Assembly: GCA_964199315.1 (NCBI GenBank)
Contig: OZ116708.1
Location: 2,976,001 to 3,040,000, forward strand
Direction of reading: 5' to 3'
DNA: 64,000 nt
DNA from: Orbicella franksi
Lineage: Eukaryota
In this document: piece after piece, positions 35,545 through 50,200 of the stretch
Numbering within the stretch: the stretch's first letter is position 1
Layout: each line of letters starts with the position of its first letter
Translations under genes and position numbers: made by a program
The notes under the pieces: model-generated
Told to the model about the DNA's origin: nothing
Database searches by the model: none
Seen by the model: the letters and a program-made list of their open reading frames with translations, nothing else

Positions 35545-35600
35545 ATCATTATTATTATCATTATTATTATTATTATTATTATTATCATTATTATTATAAC
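35545..35600. repeat. (ATT/ATC)n microsatellite
   Basis: Direct reading. Confidence 0.9.
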
Positions 35601-38146
35601 GAGAACTTAAATGTTGGTATAAATCTGACTTGGCAACAAACGTGAATTGTATTTTTTTTTTTTTTTTTTTAATGGTTCCAAGCCAAATAGACGACAAAAC
35701 GTTTTTCACCGGACCACGCTCGAAGCTCGAAAACCAAACTGTTTTGTTTTTATGATAAAACGTTATCTTAATATCGGACATGCTGTTAAAAAGAACCTAA
35801 ACTGTCAATTGCATAACCACAGTGTCTATATGAGGTCAATGGCTGAGAATTTTTTACTGAACTCCTAGCTTTTTCGGTGCAAACAAAACAAAATTTTTCG
35901 GCTATGGCCGCAACAGCTAGTAATTCGATTTTAAGTTTTGGCAAGAATAATGACTTTTGCACAAATCGGCTTTTTTGTCACTTGAGAGACACAAAATCTG
36001 CGGTCGTTTTGCAAAGAAATTTTTCGCGCTTTGCCGCGAACGACCAAACGCTGGCCGCTCTCGCCGATGTGAATTCTTGAAATGTTTCGCTTTGTTTAAA
36101 CGACTGGAGAAAAGCGCCCTCTAAGATGGTAAGTAGGTAAAACACATGTCAATTGAACAGTTATGAAGGGCAGACAGGATTTCTAAGGCGATGAGCTCAA
36201 ACATAATCCCTGGACCAATCGAGAAGGTTTTTAAAGTATTCTGCTGACGACAAATCCGCTAACCGTTTGGCTGTACATGTAGTGATGTCCACGTGGAAAA
36301 TTGCGCGCGCTCAGTTTTTCAGTCGACGAATCGTGGTACATATATTTTTTCTCCAAACTTTCTGTAAAATTCTCTACTTTCTTTTCAGTAGAGATACAAA
36401 GCTGAACTTGGTCGATCCGCGGTACGCACGGTCATATTTTGAAGGAAATCGATATATGGCAAATTGTTTCCGGTTTCGTTTGACGAAAGGAATGACTATG
36501 CGACAACAGAGAGATTATGTCCAAAGGTCCGCGATGCGAGACACTGATGTCCAAGCTAAAAGGTCAGATCGGAAATACAAACTGAGGATATTTTTTCTTT
36601 CAACCTTATGTGCAAGCTTGCTACAATATTGCTACCACTTCGCCTCTTTTAAAACTGAAATCTCGGTCATGTCATATTTTAATGTGCATTTCATTCATAT
36701 AAACACATTTTAAATCGATTTCATCTGTGGCTAATTTGATCATACCGAGGTATTTTTAAACAGTTAATGTGAGAGCTCATTCTCCACGACCATAATAAGA
36801 AATTTTCGTCCTCGAGCATGTGTTGTTGATGTAAATATAGCAGCTTTCATTGTAGAATTCCAAGATTGCATTAATGTTTCAATTAGAAGGGTTTCCGTCG
36901 TTGAACGATTTGCGATAAACAAAAACAACTTTTCCAGTTTGGTCGATCCGTATTTTCATCCATAAAAGGCCGGGTATTAATTTTCGAGTTTTCCTCGTTC
37001 CCTAAAAGAATTTGATTCGTTTTGACAGGGTATTCAAGCTCTGGTTTACTGATTTGTAGAGAGCGGTTAAAACATTCCTGATCGAATAACAAGTGATATG
37101 AATTCACAATATTGAACTTATTATTTAACCCTGTAAGATGTTATTAAAACTTCAAATTATCATTGTCTTAGTTTGTAAATGATGCGCACCATTTAAACGT
37201 GACTAGTACTGATATGTCTATTATCAGAGGTTTTTGGGACTTGCGACCTGATGCAGACTCCAGACTGTGCGATATTTACCGTATCTAACTCGAGCACCAG
37301 TTTTCGGTGTTCATTGATCATTTTGATGTAAATATTTACCTTTATTTGCGGTCAGTAGAAAGCAGGAACAAATACCAGGATTTCTTCTGCGTTGCGCAAC
37401 TTTTTTGATGAAACCGTCGTTGTCTCGGGCATGTGACATTCTCGATTGCCTACACGCAGAACTGGCCAGTTGATTTGTTTTCATTGTGTTACGGGAAATA
37501 ATTCAATGTTTTTTATGACAGTCTTGTCTCAAGTCAGCGCTTGAGCGACAGAGGGCAATGCAAAGCTGCTGCAATGACATCATTAGCCTCAACCATCTCC
37601 GTTGTAAAACGAAGTGAAGCACCTAAAACTTAGTAGCGTCAAAGGGCACGTAAACAATTCTGCAGTAATTGTGTGCGCGCAACATTTATCCCGTGCAAAA
37701 CTTGGGCTCCGAAGCTGCTTTTGTGAAGTCATTTATCCCTGGGTCCATTGTAACGGTTGTGGGCTTAATCAGAACCCTCTTGTGACAGTGCCTAATGATT
37801 TCCCTGACACTAATGACAACTTCTAGTTACAACTCACCCACAGCGAGGAGGATCAGCGTCTTATCAAATCAGGGAAACAGCAGCAAATCCTTGTCTGTTT
37901 CCTACTCGTGTCTTGTATAGTAAAGAAAACAAACAGCGCAGTTTTGTGATGTAGAAATTCTTTTCTTTCTCACCAGGTAATTTGTGTCAACGCGAATAAC
38001 GTGGCTATCGAGAAGCTGGCTTGTGATTGGCTAGTTTCATGCTCTCCGTGGGCGTTCCTAGAAGTCCTGTAGCTGTCTACCAAAACACTTCATTGAAAGT
38101 CACTGCAACGCGGCTCCTGCTCTAGTAATCACCGAAAACCTGTACT

Positions 38147-38228
38147 ATGAAGACACTATCCACCGCTGTATTTATAATTATTTTGATTCATCAAATTTGC
38201 GCAGCGACGGACAAGAAACCCTTGAAAG
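38147..38228 (+). CDS. ADAMTS9: ADAMTS exon 1, signal peptide
   Basis: [28 protein letters not shown]|gtaagt. Confidence 0.85.
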
Positions 38229-41200
38229 GTAAGTGGGAACTCTCCATTTAAAGCTGACTTAAAGCATTCAACACTGCTGTTTGTATGTTAATGTTTTCTA
38301 ATTGTAACTTCTCCGGGCTTCCCCTGATTCAGGTCGCGCGCACGGCTCTAGCGGTCTTCCAAACAACAATGGACGCGTTGAATACGAGATAACGTTAGTG
38401 GAGCGGGTAAACCGCAATGGAAGAAGACTCTCGCCTCATAAACATTTTATAAAATACGAACACAGAGGTCTAAGGACAGGCACAGTTTACTATAGACTCG
38501 CCGCGTTTGGGCGTACTTTTCAATTTCGCTTGGAGCGGGACGATAGCTTTGTATCGCCTGTGCTTACTGTAGAACATGTTTATAGCGATACGCGCCGACT
38601 ACCGTTGGCTGGGGACTTGCAGCATTGTTTCTACAGTGGGGAAATCCAGGGCGACCCCAACTCGACTGCCGTGTTTAATTTATGCAACGGGCTGGTAAGT
38701 TCACTACTTAATTCTGTATTTTACCATTGGAGATATTTTTTGTGTGTCATTAGCTGCGCGACGAGATGCAGAATGCGCACTGTAACGCCGTGCTGCTTTT
38801 CACTATAGCGGCAGTGTGCTTCGCCTGTAATTTTAATTTCTACTTAGACTGAGTTCGTATTATCCACCCGCATATGATGAAAACATTTGGAAAAATTATC
38901 ATTTGAGGCTATGGCGGTATATTGTATTTATTTACTCAATTAACGATGCCTGGCCGACCGTCCATTAGCCAGCGGCCTCACTGACAAGTAAGTAAGCCCG
39001 TGAATTGAATAGTCTTATCCAAAGCTATTTATTAGGGAGATTTTCGTCTTAAAAGACAGGCGCTTAGCCAGAATTTAGCCGCGCATCATTGCTCTCCGAG
39101 AAGAATTCTCGACAGAGGCTGGGACTTGTTTGTGGTTGCCATTTCGGATTTTTTGGGTTTTGATTTAACCGGAAGCGCTATGATGTGGTAAATGACCCCC
39201 CGGTAATCAATACGAAGGGGTTTTAGCGGCTCACGCACTTCGTGTCTCGCGGCCCATCGCGATACGCTTTTAAAAACAATTTTTAAGTTGTTTTGTTGTG
39301 TTTAAACTACAACTTCTGCTATTTAGAAATATAATTAGCTTATTTAACTTCGAGTAGCTACTTCCTATGCGATAAATAGCTATAATAAACAACGTGATGA
39401 GCGCAAGAAACCCGGACAAAAACTCACAATTCCCTTCATACTTTTATTACTATATTTTATAGGCGCGCGTTTTATTTTTCTTACATAGCCTCTCAGATTT
39501 GTGCGCAATTTACTCTTTTCTTTATTTCAGCGAGGTTCGTTCGTCTCAAACGGCGAACGCTATTTTGTTGAGCCAGCCAACGACGGAAAGATGAATACAA
39601 GCGCACATTACAGGAAATTCCATCTCTTGTTTCGCCAAGCTACCGTGAGAGAAGGCTTTAGTAACGCACCGTCGACTTGTGGCCTTGTGGGTAAGTTAAC
39701 TTTTAAAATTAAAGACCTCCGTGAGTGAGTGCGTGCTTAACCAGATGAGCCAAACCTATGCTCTGTTTTTGTTGTTACCGTCATATTTCCCGGATCCAAA
39801 AGGCTTATCTTTTTTGCCGAAACCCTATTTTCCTTATCTACACAAGTGATAGGCATGACAATGCCCTACTTCACGTTGTCTTGAATCATGCGCCAAATCA
39901 GATGGGTTTACCTCACTCCAGGCTCGACCTCAGCTAAAACAAATAAATATCATCTCAACCTTGGGCTTGATAACCTAACAAAGAAAGAATCACTAATTGT
40001 TTTAATTGCGCGCAGTCTTTCGCGTGAAGACGCGTTCTTAAATTATATCTGTTAAACCATGTGCGCGCAAAACTGCCAGTGAAGGAAAGCACGAGTGACT
40101 TGAATGAAATTCCTTTACGCATCACCCTGCAAAACGATTTGTTGACCCCAGATACACTTCTGCCTTGTGCGTGCCAGCGCGGGAACGCCGCAGAAATGTA
40201 CCTGATATCGATCCTCTTATCGCGACACCATCATGCTGCGCGCGCGAGAAAGGTTCCTCTAAGACATTTATGACGCAAAGCTGATAGGGTTCAGTAAGCA
40301 TTCCAAATTTAATCTGATACGATCAACAAACTAACATTTTTCAGTTTACTTTGTGTCTTTAGTTGGCTGAAACCATTTTTGTGGATTTTATCTAGTTAGT
40401 GGTTTCTCTGCTAGGTCACGAGGTCCTTTTAACCCCACGTTGCACAAAAAAGCGGTATTCTCGATGAGGAATGGCCCGTAAATTAGATGAAGAAATCGCT
40501 ATCACTTGTTTTCAGCACGTGCTTAATTACCAGTTACTAAAAACATGAAATAGCGACGAGGTCTGCAACATCTACCTGTCACTTGCCTGAGGTCAACAGC
40601 TAATGACGGAGGTTAGAGATTCTTTAGATTTTGTAAATACCAACTTGTTCCAAAAACACAGGGGTTTTCTCCACACTTTACCCCGTTGTCTCAAGCGTGC
40701 TCGTTGATTGCTGGATGACAAAAAGACGTCTTTAAAACTGAGATTCTTCTGTGAGAGAAAAGAACTTTGCACGCTTACGAATCGTTCTGTAGATGGAGTC
40801 TTTTCTGCTCACACAGCATGAAGGCCTTCGAGGCATTTTACAAATCACTCCAGTTCAACGATTCGACAGAGCAAAAAACTGAAGACTCTCTAGATCACAA
40901 TTGCAGATTTTTTTACAAAGGTATCTCGTTCTCCGTGCGCGGCTGACACAGAACATTACGCATACTCGAAATAAACCCGCGTATAGTAACATTCATCGTG
41001 ATCGATTTTAAATGACAACGATCATTGCATGGTTGCAATCGAGATCGTCTTTAACTTTGACCCCTCGTCACACACCGTCACGCATCGAGTTTTCTACCAC
41101 ACGATTCCTTTTGAGCGCTGTAGCAACTTAAACGCTCTTGACAGCATGATTGTAACCTTTTACCCTAACCGTTTACCAATTTAAGTGGAATCTATGACAC

Positions 41201-44200
41201 TCGATCTTCCTCACTCTAGCGCGGATAAACACCCGTGTAAACAGTGCCGGTTTAAATAGCATTGGGTCCAGCTCTGAGATTTTTGCGCGCAAAATCCACA
41301 CAACATTTGAAAGCAGGATGGTGAAGTTAAACCAGGGTTGTAAACGTACACTGCAATTTTGTGGCACATAATGTTGCATCGTGTGCCTGGGCTGCATTCC
41401 ATTCACTGTCGTTTCAGAATGAAATGTTTGTAAGTGTTGGTCGCGTTGAGGCGCGGTGGCCTCACGGTTAGTGCGCTCGACTCCGGATCGAGTGGTGCGG
41501 GTTCATGTAGGCCTGGCCGGGGACATTGTGTTGTGTTCTTGGGCAAGAAATTCACTCTCACAGTGCCTCTCTCCATCCAGGTGTATAAATGGGAATTTAA
41601 AACTTATCTTTCTCGACGTATATTCGACTGCGCTTTGTCACCCACTCTCCGCAAGTGGCGGATTTCATGGCTTGAAGTTAATCATCCCTGATGTTCATCT
41701 CCAATTTTGCAAGCTTGATGTGGCTCTATCACGCTCATATACAGACTGCATCAAATTCCATCGAAGTTGTCTCGAGTTTTCTGAGCAATTTTCCAACACT
41801 CATACATAGGGTGGAGAGAGGCGCTTTCAGAATCAAGGATCTTGCCAGAAACGATACTCTAACCAAACCAGACTGCCACCCTTAATCTGTCCTTTCATAC
41901 GCTCGTAGTTGTTCTTTGTTAAAGGGAGAGTTTCACGGTTTGGCGCATGTCTCTAAATCAAAATACTTTTGTTCGCTTCTTCAATGTTATCGCTTTAAAA
42001 ACCCACTCAGATGTAGTTCAGTAATCACATGCTATAGTTAGTCAAGATAGAATGACAGATGGCCAAAATTTTCAGAAGATTTCAGTGGACCGACGGTGTC
42101 GACCGTTGAATTTAATGTTGACCCGTACGATTTATTCTACGGTTGATGATTTTACGGCTATTTGCATGCGAAATTAGGTGACTTTCTTACGATTGGTTCA
42201 TAAACAAAGAAAAATTGGGCTTGTGCCAAAAAGCGGTACGCAGGCGAACAAATAATACAGACATGCGCCGAACTGTGAAACCCTCCCCTTAAACTTTATA
42301 TTTGTTTCAAATCCTCATTCTTTAGACACCAACAAACCTCTGCAGTTGTTACGTGGCCTCCCGCCATCCCCTTCCAACGAGACCAGCTCAAGAAGACGGC
42401 GTAAAAGAAGCATCCATGACAATTTTGTTGAAACTTTAGTGGTCGCTGACAAGACAATGGTGGACGCGTTCGACAACAAGGCCGATTTACAAAGCTATAT
42501 CATTACTCTTATGGGAGTGGTAAGTAACGCAACCTCAGATTCATTTATAGTTTGCTTTTAATACCAGCTGTTATTTAGGTTGTCACGCGACACTTAAGCT
42601 TCGCGTGACTTCCTGAATTACGACCGCAGTTTCTTCAGCAACCTACGCTGAGGTTAACAAACACGGCGCCTTACATTATTCTGTCTAGAATTTCGTTTGG
42701 CTTGACTTAAAACATCGCTCATTCCTTTGTGAATCTGTGTACAGAGATGCGTATGTTTGAAAACGTTCTGTTTTCCCACCATTAACTTAGTCGTTCAAGT
42801 TATATCAATGTAAAGAGATCAAAGCTTAATACGCTGACGTGTTTGAGTGCACATACCGTAACAAAAACTTAGTTTGTGTGGTGAGCGTGTTCGTCTACAT
42901 ATTGATCGCGACAATCCCGCGTAATTCCGCGCCACGATACACGCGCGATATGATCACATGACGATCCACAACTCGACAAAAGTCATTGTGTAAGAATCCT
43001 TAACTCAAAAGCACCACGCCCTGACGCAACCAAGGCAGGATGGCTTTGTCTGGTCTGGAGAAAATCTTCCAGCCTGCCTCACGACAGTTGTTGAATCGCT
43101 GAAAGCACAGTTCAGCATGTTTCCTGTAATTGCCAGTAACAATTTTAACACCATGCGACCAACTAAACCTACGCAAAGTGTCGTGCGACTCTCTAAAACC
43201 CGAAACGCCTGAGAAAATATCTAGACAGCACCGTGTTTATTGTGATCGTCATGACCTTGAAACAAAGATTTTTCGCTTCACTTCCCCCGTTCAGTCCATA
43301 AGTAGTTAATAAGCATCTAATACGTAAACATGGTTAATCCCAAATGATATGGGTCGAGGTTTAATCTGATAAAAAGGCACGACGAAAGGTCAAACTAGAG
43401 CAAGTGGCTGTCAAAAAGCGATTGTTCAAATCACGCGTCTTTTGTACTAAAAGTTTCACTGTTTGATAAACCTCAGCTTAACCAATTTCTGTTCATGTGT
43501 TATTTCAGCCTGTTCTACCTTCGTGGTTGACCCATTTGTCCTTAAACAGTTTTGTTAGATGGATTTGGAGATGTATTTTTTTAGGAACTGCTGTGCTGCA
43601 TTGACGGGGAAGTGACACAACGAGATGTTCAAAAAGTCGCCGGTCAGCGGAAGTATTGCGGTTTAACGCTGAAATGCAAATTGAAACTTCCTAGCCTTCC
43701 GCTGAAAACGACGTTTTTTCTCAGGCGATGGCAAAATAACTTCTGTGAATCCTGGAAAATAAACACTCATACTCTTATAAAATTCCTTTTCCTGACATCA
43801 GCATTATTTGTTTAAGATCGCGCGCTAAAAACCACATAGGCAAGGCAATGAAATGAAGTCTAGACATGCCTCAGCGCTCATCCCATTAGCTCCTTCTTGA
43901 GGGCTTACACTCGATCACAAACTCCAAGTCAAAAATAGATTTAAATGTTTAAAAAAAAACTAGTTACTTGCTTAGTTTGCGTATTATTTCCAGACAAAGT
44001 TAATGACTTTTTTAATTAATTAACCAATGTTTTCTCTCTAAAGGTTGCCCAATTGTATCGAGACAGAAGCATTGGTAATTCCATTAACATTGTAGTGGTG
44101 AAGATAGTTTTTCTAGAAACCGACGAGGTATGGTTTCGATTTTTCTCTGAGACTTTTAAAATTTAAGTAACGAAGAACAGCCCCCTGCTCCGAGAGAGCT

Positions 44201-47200
44201 TGCTGACAGGCTTAAAAACTACAAATCTTGAATAACAACGAAACATTCAAGCCTGAAAACACTTTCCCTGCACGTTTGCCGGTGTTCCAAAATTCAATAT
44301 GGCGGCCAGAGGCGGGAAAGAGTGGGTGGTATTCTCACAAACCGGCGACAGTGCGGTGGCGCTGAAAATGACTTGGTAAAAAAAACTAGCCATGGAACAA
44401 TTAAAATCGTTGCTAAAAAAAAATTTCCGCCAAGGAGCTTTCCTGTTTTCTTAGCTGCTAAACTATGTGCATCATCACTACCCAAATTGCCGGGTATTGC
44501 CGAATACTATTGACCAGGTCTTCACTTATCTTTCTTTAAACGTCATCATCGCAGTCGTACCCTATTTACACGTTAAGCGTGGGAAGAGATTCAATTCTAG
44601 AGCAATAAGAGCACAAGATTTATCTAGGCATCCCAGGCAAATTAGGGGGTTTCTTTGACTGATAAGAAGAGGGGTAGGTGCAAGCAAAGTCGCAACGGAA
44701 CCCAAACAATGATTGGATTTAGTTAATTTTGTTCGCCTATGTATCAAACCGGCGACTAATTCTTTATTTCCGAAACACGTAGCGAGGAATAGCTTTGCTA
44801 TTTCCCCTTGATTTGAAGTATTTTTAATCCATCTCAGCTAACTCTTACGCCCCCTTCCTTCCCCTTCGTTCCCTCTTGCCTTTCCCACCATTCCCTCTTC
44901 GCCCCTCTATCCCTCCTATTGGTACCCATTTCTATTTCGTAGGGGTGGGGAAAGGCACTGTGAGGTAAAGCGAGCACATGAGACCAACGGTCAGCGGACT
45001 TCTTCATCCCGCGTCACTAGGTCACAACGCATGCGCCTCCCTTTATCTGTTGTCATGATAATGTTTGTACTCGTCATAACAGGGCATGATGTGTTTTTGT
45101 TAATTTCAGCCCGATATCCGTATTTCGACAGACGCGACGAGTACTCTGAAAAGTTTCTGTCGCTGGCAGAAAAAAGTAATGGCAAAAGACCAGAGTCACC
45201 CAGAACACCATGACACAGCCATCTTACTAACAAGGTAAGCTTTGTCTTTATTTTCTGTGAAGCGAGTGTGTTTAGTTAGCAAAAAGTGAACAAAGCGTGA
45301 ATCACTATGCCCATAAGTAGTGTGATAAGACAGATGAAAATCAAGCTAAAACGTGCAGTCGGCAGAAAGCGCGGGAAGCTCACAGGGTTTAAAGGAGCTC
45401 AGTCATGGTATTTTGAGCTATTAAGGAATTTAAGTAACCACGACGGCGACGCCGAAGACAACGTCGATTAAAAAATGACTTTACACTTTACCTACGAATC
45501 TCGCAATACTCTAAAGTCATTTACTTTGTTTGTCACCGACAAAACTTTCACGAAACTGAATCTGGTTCACAGCGATAAACTTGAAATAAAATTTAAAAAA
45601 TTAGCCGTCGTGGTCCACGTTCTCCAGACAACGCAGAATTTGGTCATTTCACGTTGTTGTTGTGCAGAGGACGGTAAAGAAATGTACCAAGAATTATAAC
45701 GCACGTGCATAGCCATTGTTCGGCTCATTAAATCTTTTGTTTAGCGACGTTCCCGTTGCCGTTGCTGTCGTGGTTTTCTTAAACTCCCTAATTTGGCCAC
45801 CACGTACGAAGTTACCTTTAAATTGAGGGAAACCCGAAAATAACAGTTTACTCAGATAGAAAAACACTTAAAAGTTCATAATAAACCATAAAATAACAAG
45901 GACGGTTAAGGATGGAGAAGATTGACGCGGATTACAAACGACGAATTTGAAAAATTTAGGCTAAACTTTTCAAGATGCGCAAACCGTGTCGTAGCTCCAT
46001 TAAATCATGATTGGTTTTCATCAGTAGAGCACGCGCCATGCTTCTGTCACTTTACTACGTTTAGTAATCTAAGTGAAGGTGTCTTATTCCCCGTTCTTAG
46101 TCGAAAGTGTAGCAGCTCTCATAAGCTTGTAATTCTATTTGTCGTCATAGTGTATAGCTGTTGTTGTTTTGGGGCTAGGTGCATTGTTTCTGTTGCTTGT
46201 TTTATTGTTCTCTCAAAGGGAATCGAGCCATTCATGTGAGACCTTATGAGAGCTGCTAAAGACCCTTATTAATCGTCTACCCTTTCAATTCTTTGTCGTT
46301 CTCATTTCAGGACGAATATATGTCGATCAGTTGGAAAATGTGGCACATTAGGTAAATAATCCAGTCCATAGCTTCTCTGTCATACTTTTTAAGACTATCT
46401 TCGATTTATCCCCCACGCACAAGCTACGAAACGAGATGTCAATTCACTTATTTCGAGACGAAAAAAGTGCTTCAAAATCAGAGGAAACCGTACCCTAAAC
46501 ATACAGCCCAGTAATGTAGAGAAACAAGCAGAGGTAATACCAAACCTGTTGGTTAGATAAAGGAGATTCAGACGGTTTTATGAAAGACTAAGTCTGAAAA
46601 AATGGGCCTAAGTTTTTCAACATGCTGACGTTCTTAATGAAGATGTGCTCTGAATGAAAAAATTCAAGCTTCTGGTTCGCGAAATCGTAAAGCCGCGAGA
46701 AGAAAAAGCCAATGTCCACCGGGTTGGCAGAGTTGAACAAAACACTAACAATAAAACGCGGGAAAACTATTGCTAAAGAGAGTACTGACGCGCATATGCT
46801 TCCACCAGTCATTTCCCCCTCAAACCTGTTGTTCGTTTTCTTCTCTGAGCTTTTGTGTCTCTGCTTCTTGTCAGGTCTTGCCGAACTTGGAACAATGTGT
46901 CATCCATCAAGGAGCTGTGCTTTGGCCGAGGACAATGGACTGAGCACAGCTTACACGATAGCGCATGAACTGGGACATGTGTAAGTATTTGATAATTTTC
47001 TGAATGAGGAAGAAAAGGAACCCGAACCTGAAGAATTCTAGCAAGCAGACATGATATTACGGAAGACATTTGGCCCCATAAGAGCAACCAGAAACTGTGT
47101 GATGCCTTGTATGACCTGTAGAGTACACCAGCCCTTCCGCTTCAATTCCTCCTACTCAGCGTTTTCCTCCTCTCCATCTTCCACCCGCCCCTTCTCTTCT

Positions 47201-50200
47201 TCTTTCTTCTCCTCCTTTGACTCCTCCGACCCCTACCCCATTTCATCATCATCATCATCATAATCATCATCATTATCATTATCATCCACCTTCTCCTCCC
47301 AGTTGTCGTCTTGTCAATTCTCTCGCTGAAGTTTCTCATTCTTTGTGTCGTCGTAGTTTCAGTCTTCCTCATGATGGCGATAATAACAGGTGTACCCGGA
47401 GCCGCAGAGATCAACACCTCATGGCGCCATCACTCAGTTTTGACACCAAGCCGTGGTCATGGTCCAACTGTAGTCGCGAGAAAATCACGCAGTTCTTAGA
47501 GTAAGTACATACACTACTGAGGGTGCGACATAGGTTTGGTGGGATGCGGAATGAGAGTGAAAATGGATGCGGGATGCGGGATGACATAAATTTTAGTGGC
47601 GGGATTTCGGGATGAAAATACTTCGGGACTGCGGGATGCGGGATGAAAAACAGAAAATCATACGTTGCGGTCGTTACGCGGAGGACGGCACCTTTAGCGA
47701 GGAGGGATTGGGTTAAACATTCGGAGTTGAGCGGGATGGCGGGATTGAATCCTCACTATTGGCAATACATGTATCTTAATAATTATGTCCGAAGGCCGTT
47801 CTGGGAGAACATGGACCCTATTTGTCTGAAAACTACAAATCGAGTGCAGTCATGTCCGTAATGAAAACACTGAGGATTGACCTTTGCATTGTGAAGTCCG
47901 AAACGAACTCTTTTTTGTGTCCATCGATCGTATTATAATTAAACGTTCGCTCATAAAATCGTTTTGTATTTTTGTCCCAGTCTAGGATATGGATCCTGCT
48001 TGTCAGACAAACCCGACGAGAAAACGAACGTTAAATACCATGACACTCTCCCGGGTGAAGTTTATGGCGCCAACAAACAATGTCAAATGATCTTTGGAGA
48101 GAGTTCGTCACTTTGTCCTTTTATGGTAAGTACAAAAGAACAGAAACTTTGTCTCCAACGTGCTTCTCGATTTTTGTGCTCTGAACCACAGTAAAGAAAC
48201 CCTGTACGAGCTCGGTTAATAAGAGATTTATTACACGACTGAAACTACCAGGAAATCTTCAAGAGCGATCTTGCGGGATCATTCGGGACAGGGCCCGGTC
48301 CAGTAATACTTAGAGAATATTCGACTGGGAATGGAGCAATCTGATTGGCTGATTTTAGTTATTGGCCCTCTGATCTAACTTAGTCGTATGATAAGAGTCG
48401 GTTACGAACTGGCGAGCCCACGGCAGTTTCGTTTTTCAAGCGTTCTAAATGCGTTTGTTTTGTCTTCTTCTTATGTAAGGAACCTTGCAGACGCCTTTGG
48501 TGCGTGAAGATGATTGGACAAAGAAGAGGCTGCTCGACTAATCACATGCCATGGGCTGATGGAACACCTTGCGCGAAAAGACGGGTGAGTCAAGAATCTT
48601 CCTCAATCTTAAAGGAGCTTAGTCACGGTATTTTGAAATATTTTGGTAACGTAAAAAATTACCTTTAAATTGAAGGAAACCTGAAAATAATAGTTAACTA
48701 AAATAGGAAATCACTTAAGAGATAGTAATAAACCATCAAGAAACAAGGATGGTTAAGGATGGAGAAGATTGACACGGATAACTAAAGACAAACTTAAAAA
48801 GTTAAGGCTTAACTTTTCAAGATGCCCAAACCGTGATGTAGCTCTTTTAACAATCCTTCTTTAGTTTTAGTTAATAATTTAACACCTCTTTTGACTAATA
48901 TCACTCTGACAAACTATTTCTGTTTTGAGTTTTCTTTAATTTATACTTCGAAAATGAGTGTCTCTGTAAGTTTGACGCTCATCTTTGAATTCACACATGA
49001 CTGGATTTATGAAAAGGGTGTTACTGAAAACTGAGTTCCTTTGCACCAAATGAGCGACACACTTTGATTTCACGACTCCTAAAGGCCTAAAAATTCACTC
49101 CAAGTGATGTATGAAAAACACTGTTTTCATAAATCCAGACAGATATGTCATTATTTTTAAGTAGAGTTACTTTCAATATTCCGAATTCGCTGGTCCATTC
49201 CAAGCTTTTTTTCCAAATTGTGACCAATGCTTGGATCGTGTAGGAAATGTCTAAACTACAATTAACGCGTGCATATGTTGACAATTATTTAATCTAGTCT
49301 GTCAGAAAACAAGGTCACTTAATTTAGTTGGATTGTAAAACATGTCTTTATCGTGGTTTATCTCAATTATTGCACGCGCGTGCGGGTTATACAAGGGACA
49401 ATGCCGTCAACGTAGAAATTTACACTTCCTGCTATTAAACATGTGCACGCCCCGTCTTCACGTACGTTAAAACGTGCACACGCTCATGTTCATGAATGGT
49501 TCTGGTTGGATAAGCCATTCTTAGCAGATTAACTGCCTTATCTTTCCAAGAACATCTTCGTGAAGTTCTTCTCAAGGATTAACCTAAGAAAGAATGGCGC
49601 CAAGAAATCACCTTTTGTTGCATAATTGTAGGCCAAGGTCTCATTCACCTCTGCTTTTTTTTTTCTTTTCGCTACTTAACATCTTTTGGACCTTTTTTAG
49701 ACCTGTAAGAGGTCGGTAATCTGTTGGCTACAAAGCCAACGCGAGTTTTAAATAGTTACTCGTCTGAAGAGCTTTCTGAAGCACGTACTAGAGGTCGTGC
49801 AACTATTGTTTTCACAACGGCAAATTACTTAAACGCAATGAGATGTGTTTTGTGTGTGTTCAAATGAACGTTCCGTCCCTCGTGTGTCATCACCTTTGTA
49901 ATGAAACCAATATATTCCGTGTGTAGTTCCGATTTTTCAAGGGTACATTATTTTATTCATTTTATGATGTACTTCTCATCAAGGAGTTGATCGATCATTT
50001 CCGAGTTCAGTTCCTTCGGAAATTAGGCGAGCACTTTGTACACGGCTTTAATTGCTGTAATTGCTTTCCTCTCACATTAGAAGATCTTACATGTCACCTC
50101 TTAATTAATAGACACCAGAATACGTCATTTCAGTCTTACGATCACGCGAACATAAGCTCATGTTTTGCAAGTGTAAACACTGATACAACTTCCTTTATAC

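Noticed and set aside
42340-42346. Alternative acceptor CTGCAG for ADAMTS exon 4
   Set aside because: It gives phase 0, incompatible with the phase-1 donor of exon 3; the acceptor at 42325 keeps the frame.
47051-47504. Poly-His/Met/Ser ORFs near exon 9
   Set aside because: Products of the (ATC)n microsatellite; only 47357-47500 is coding.
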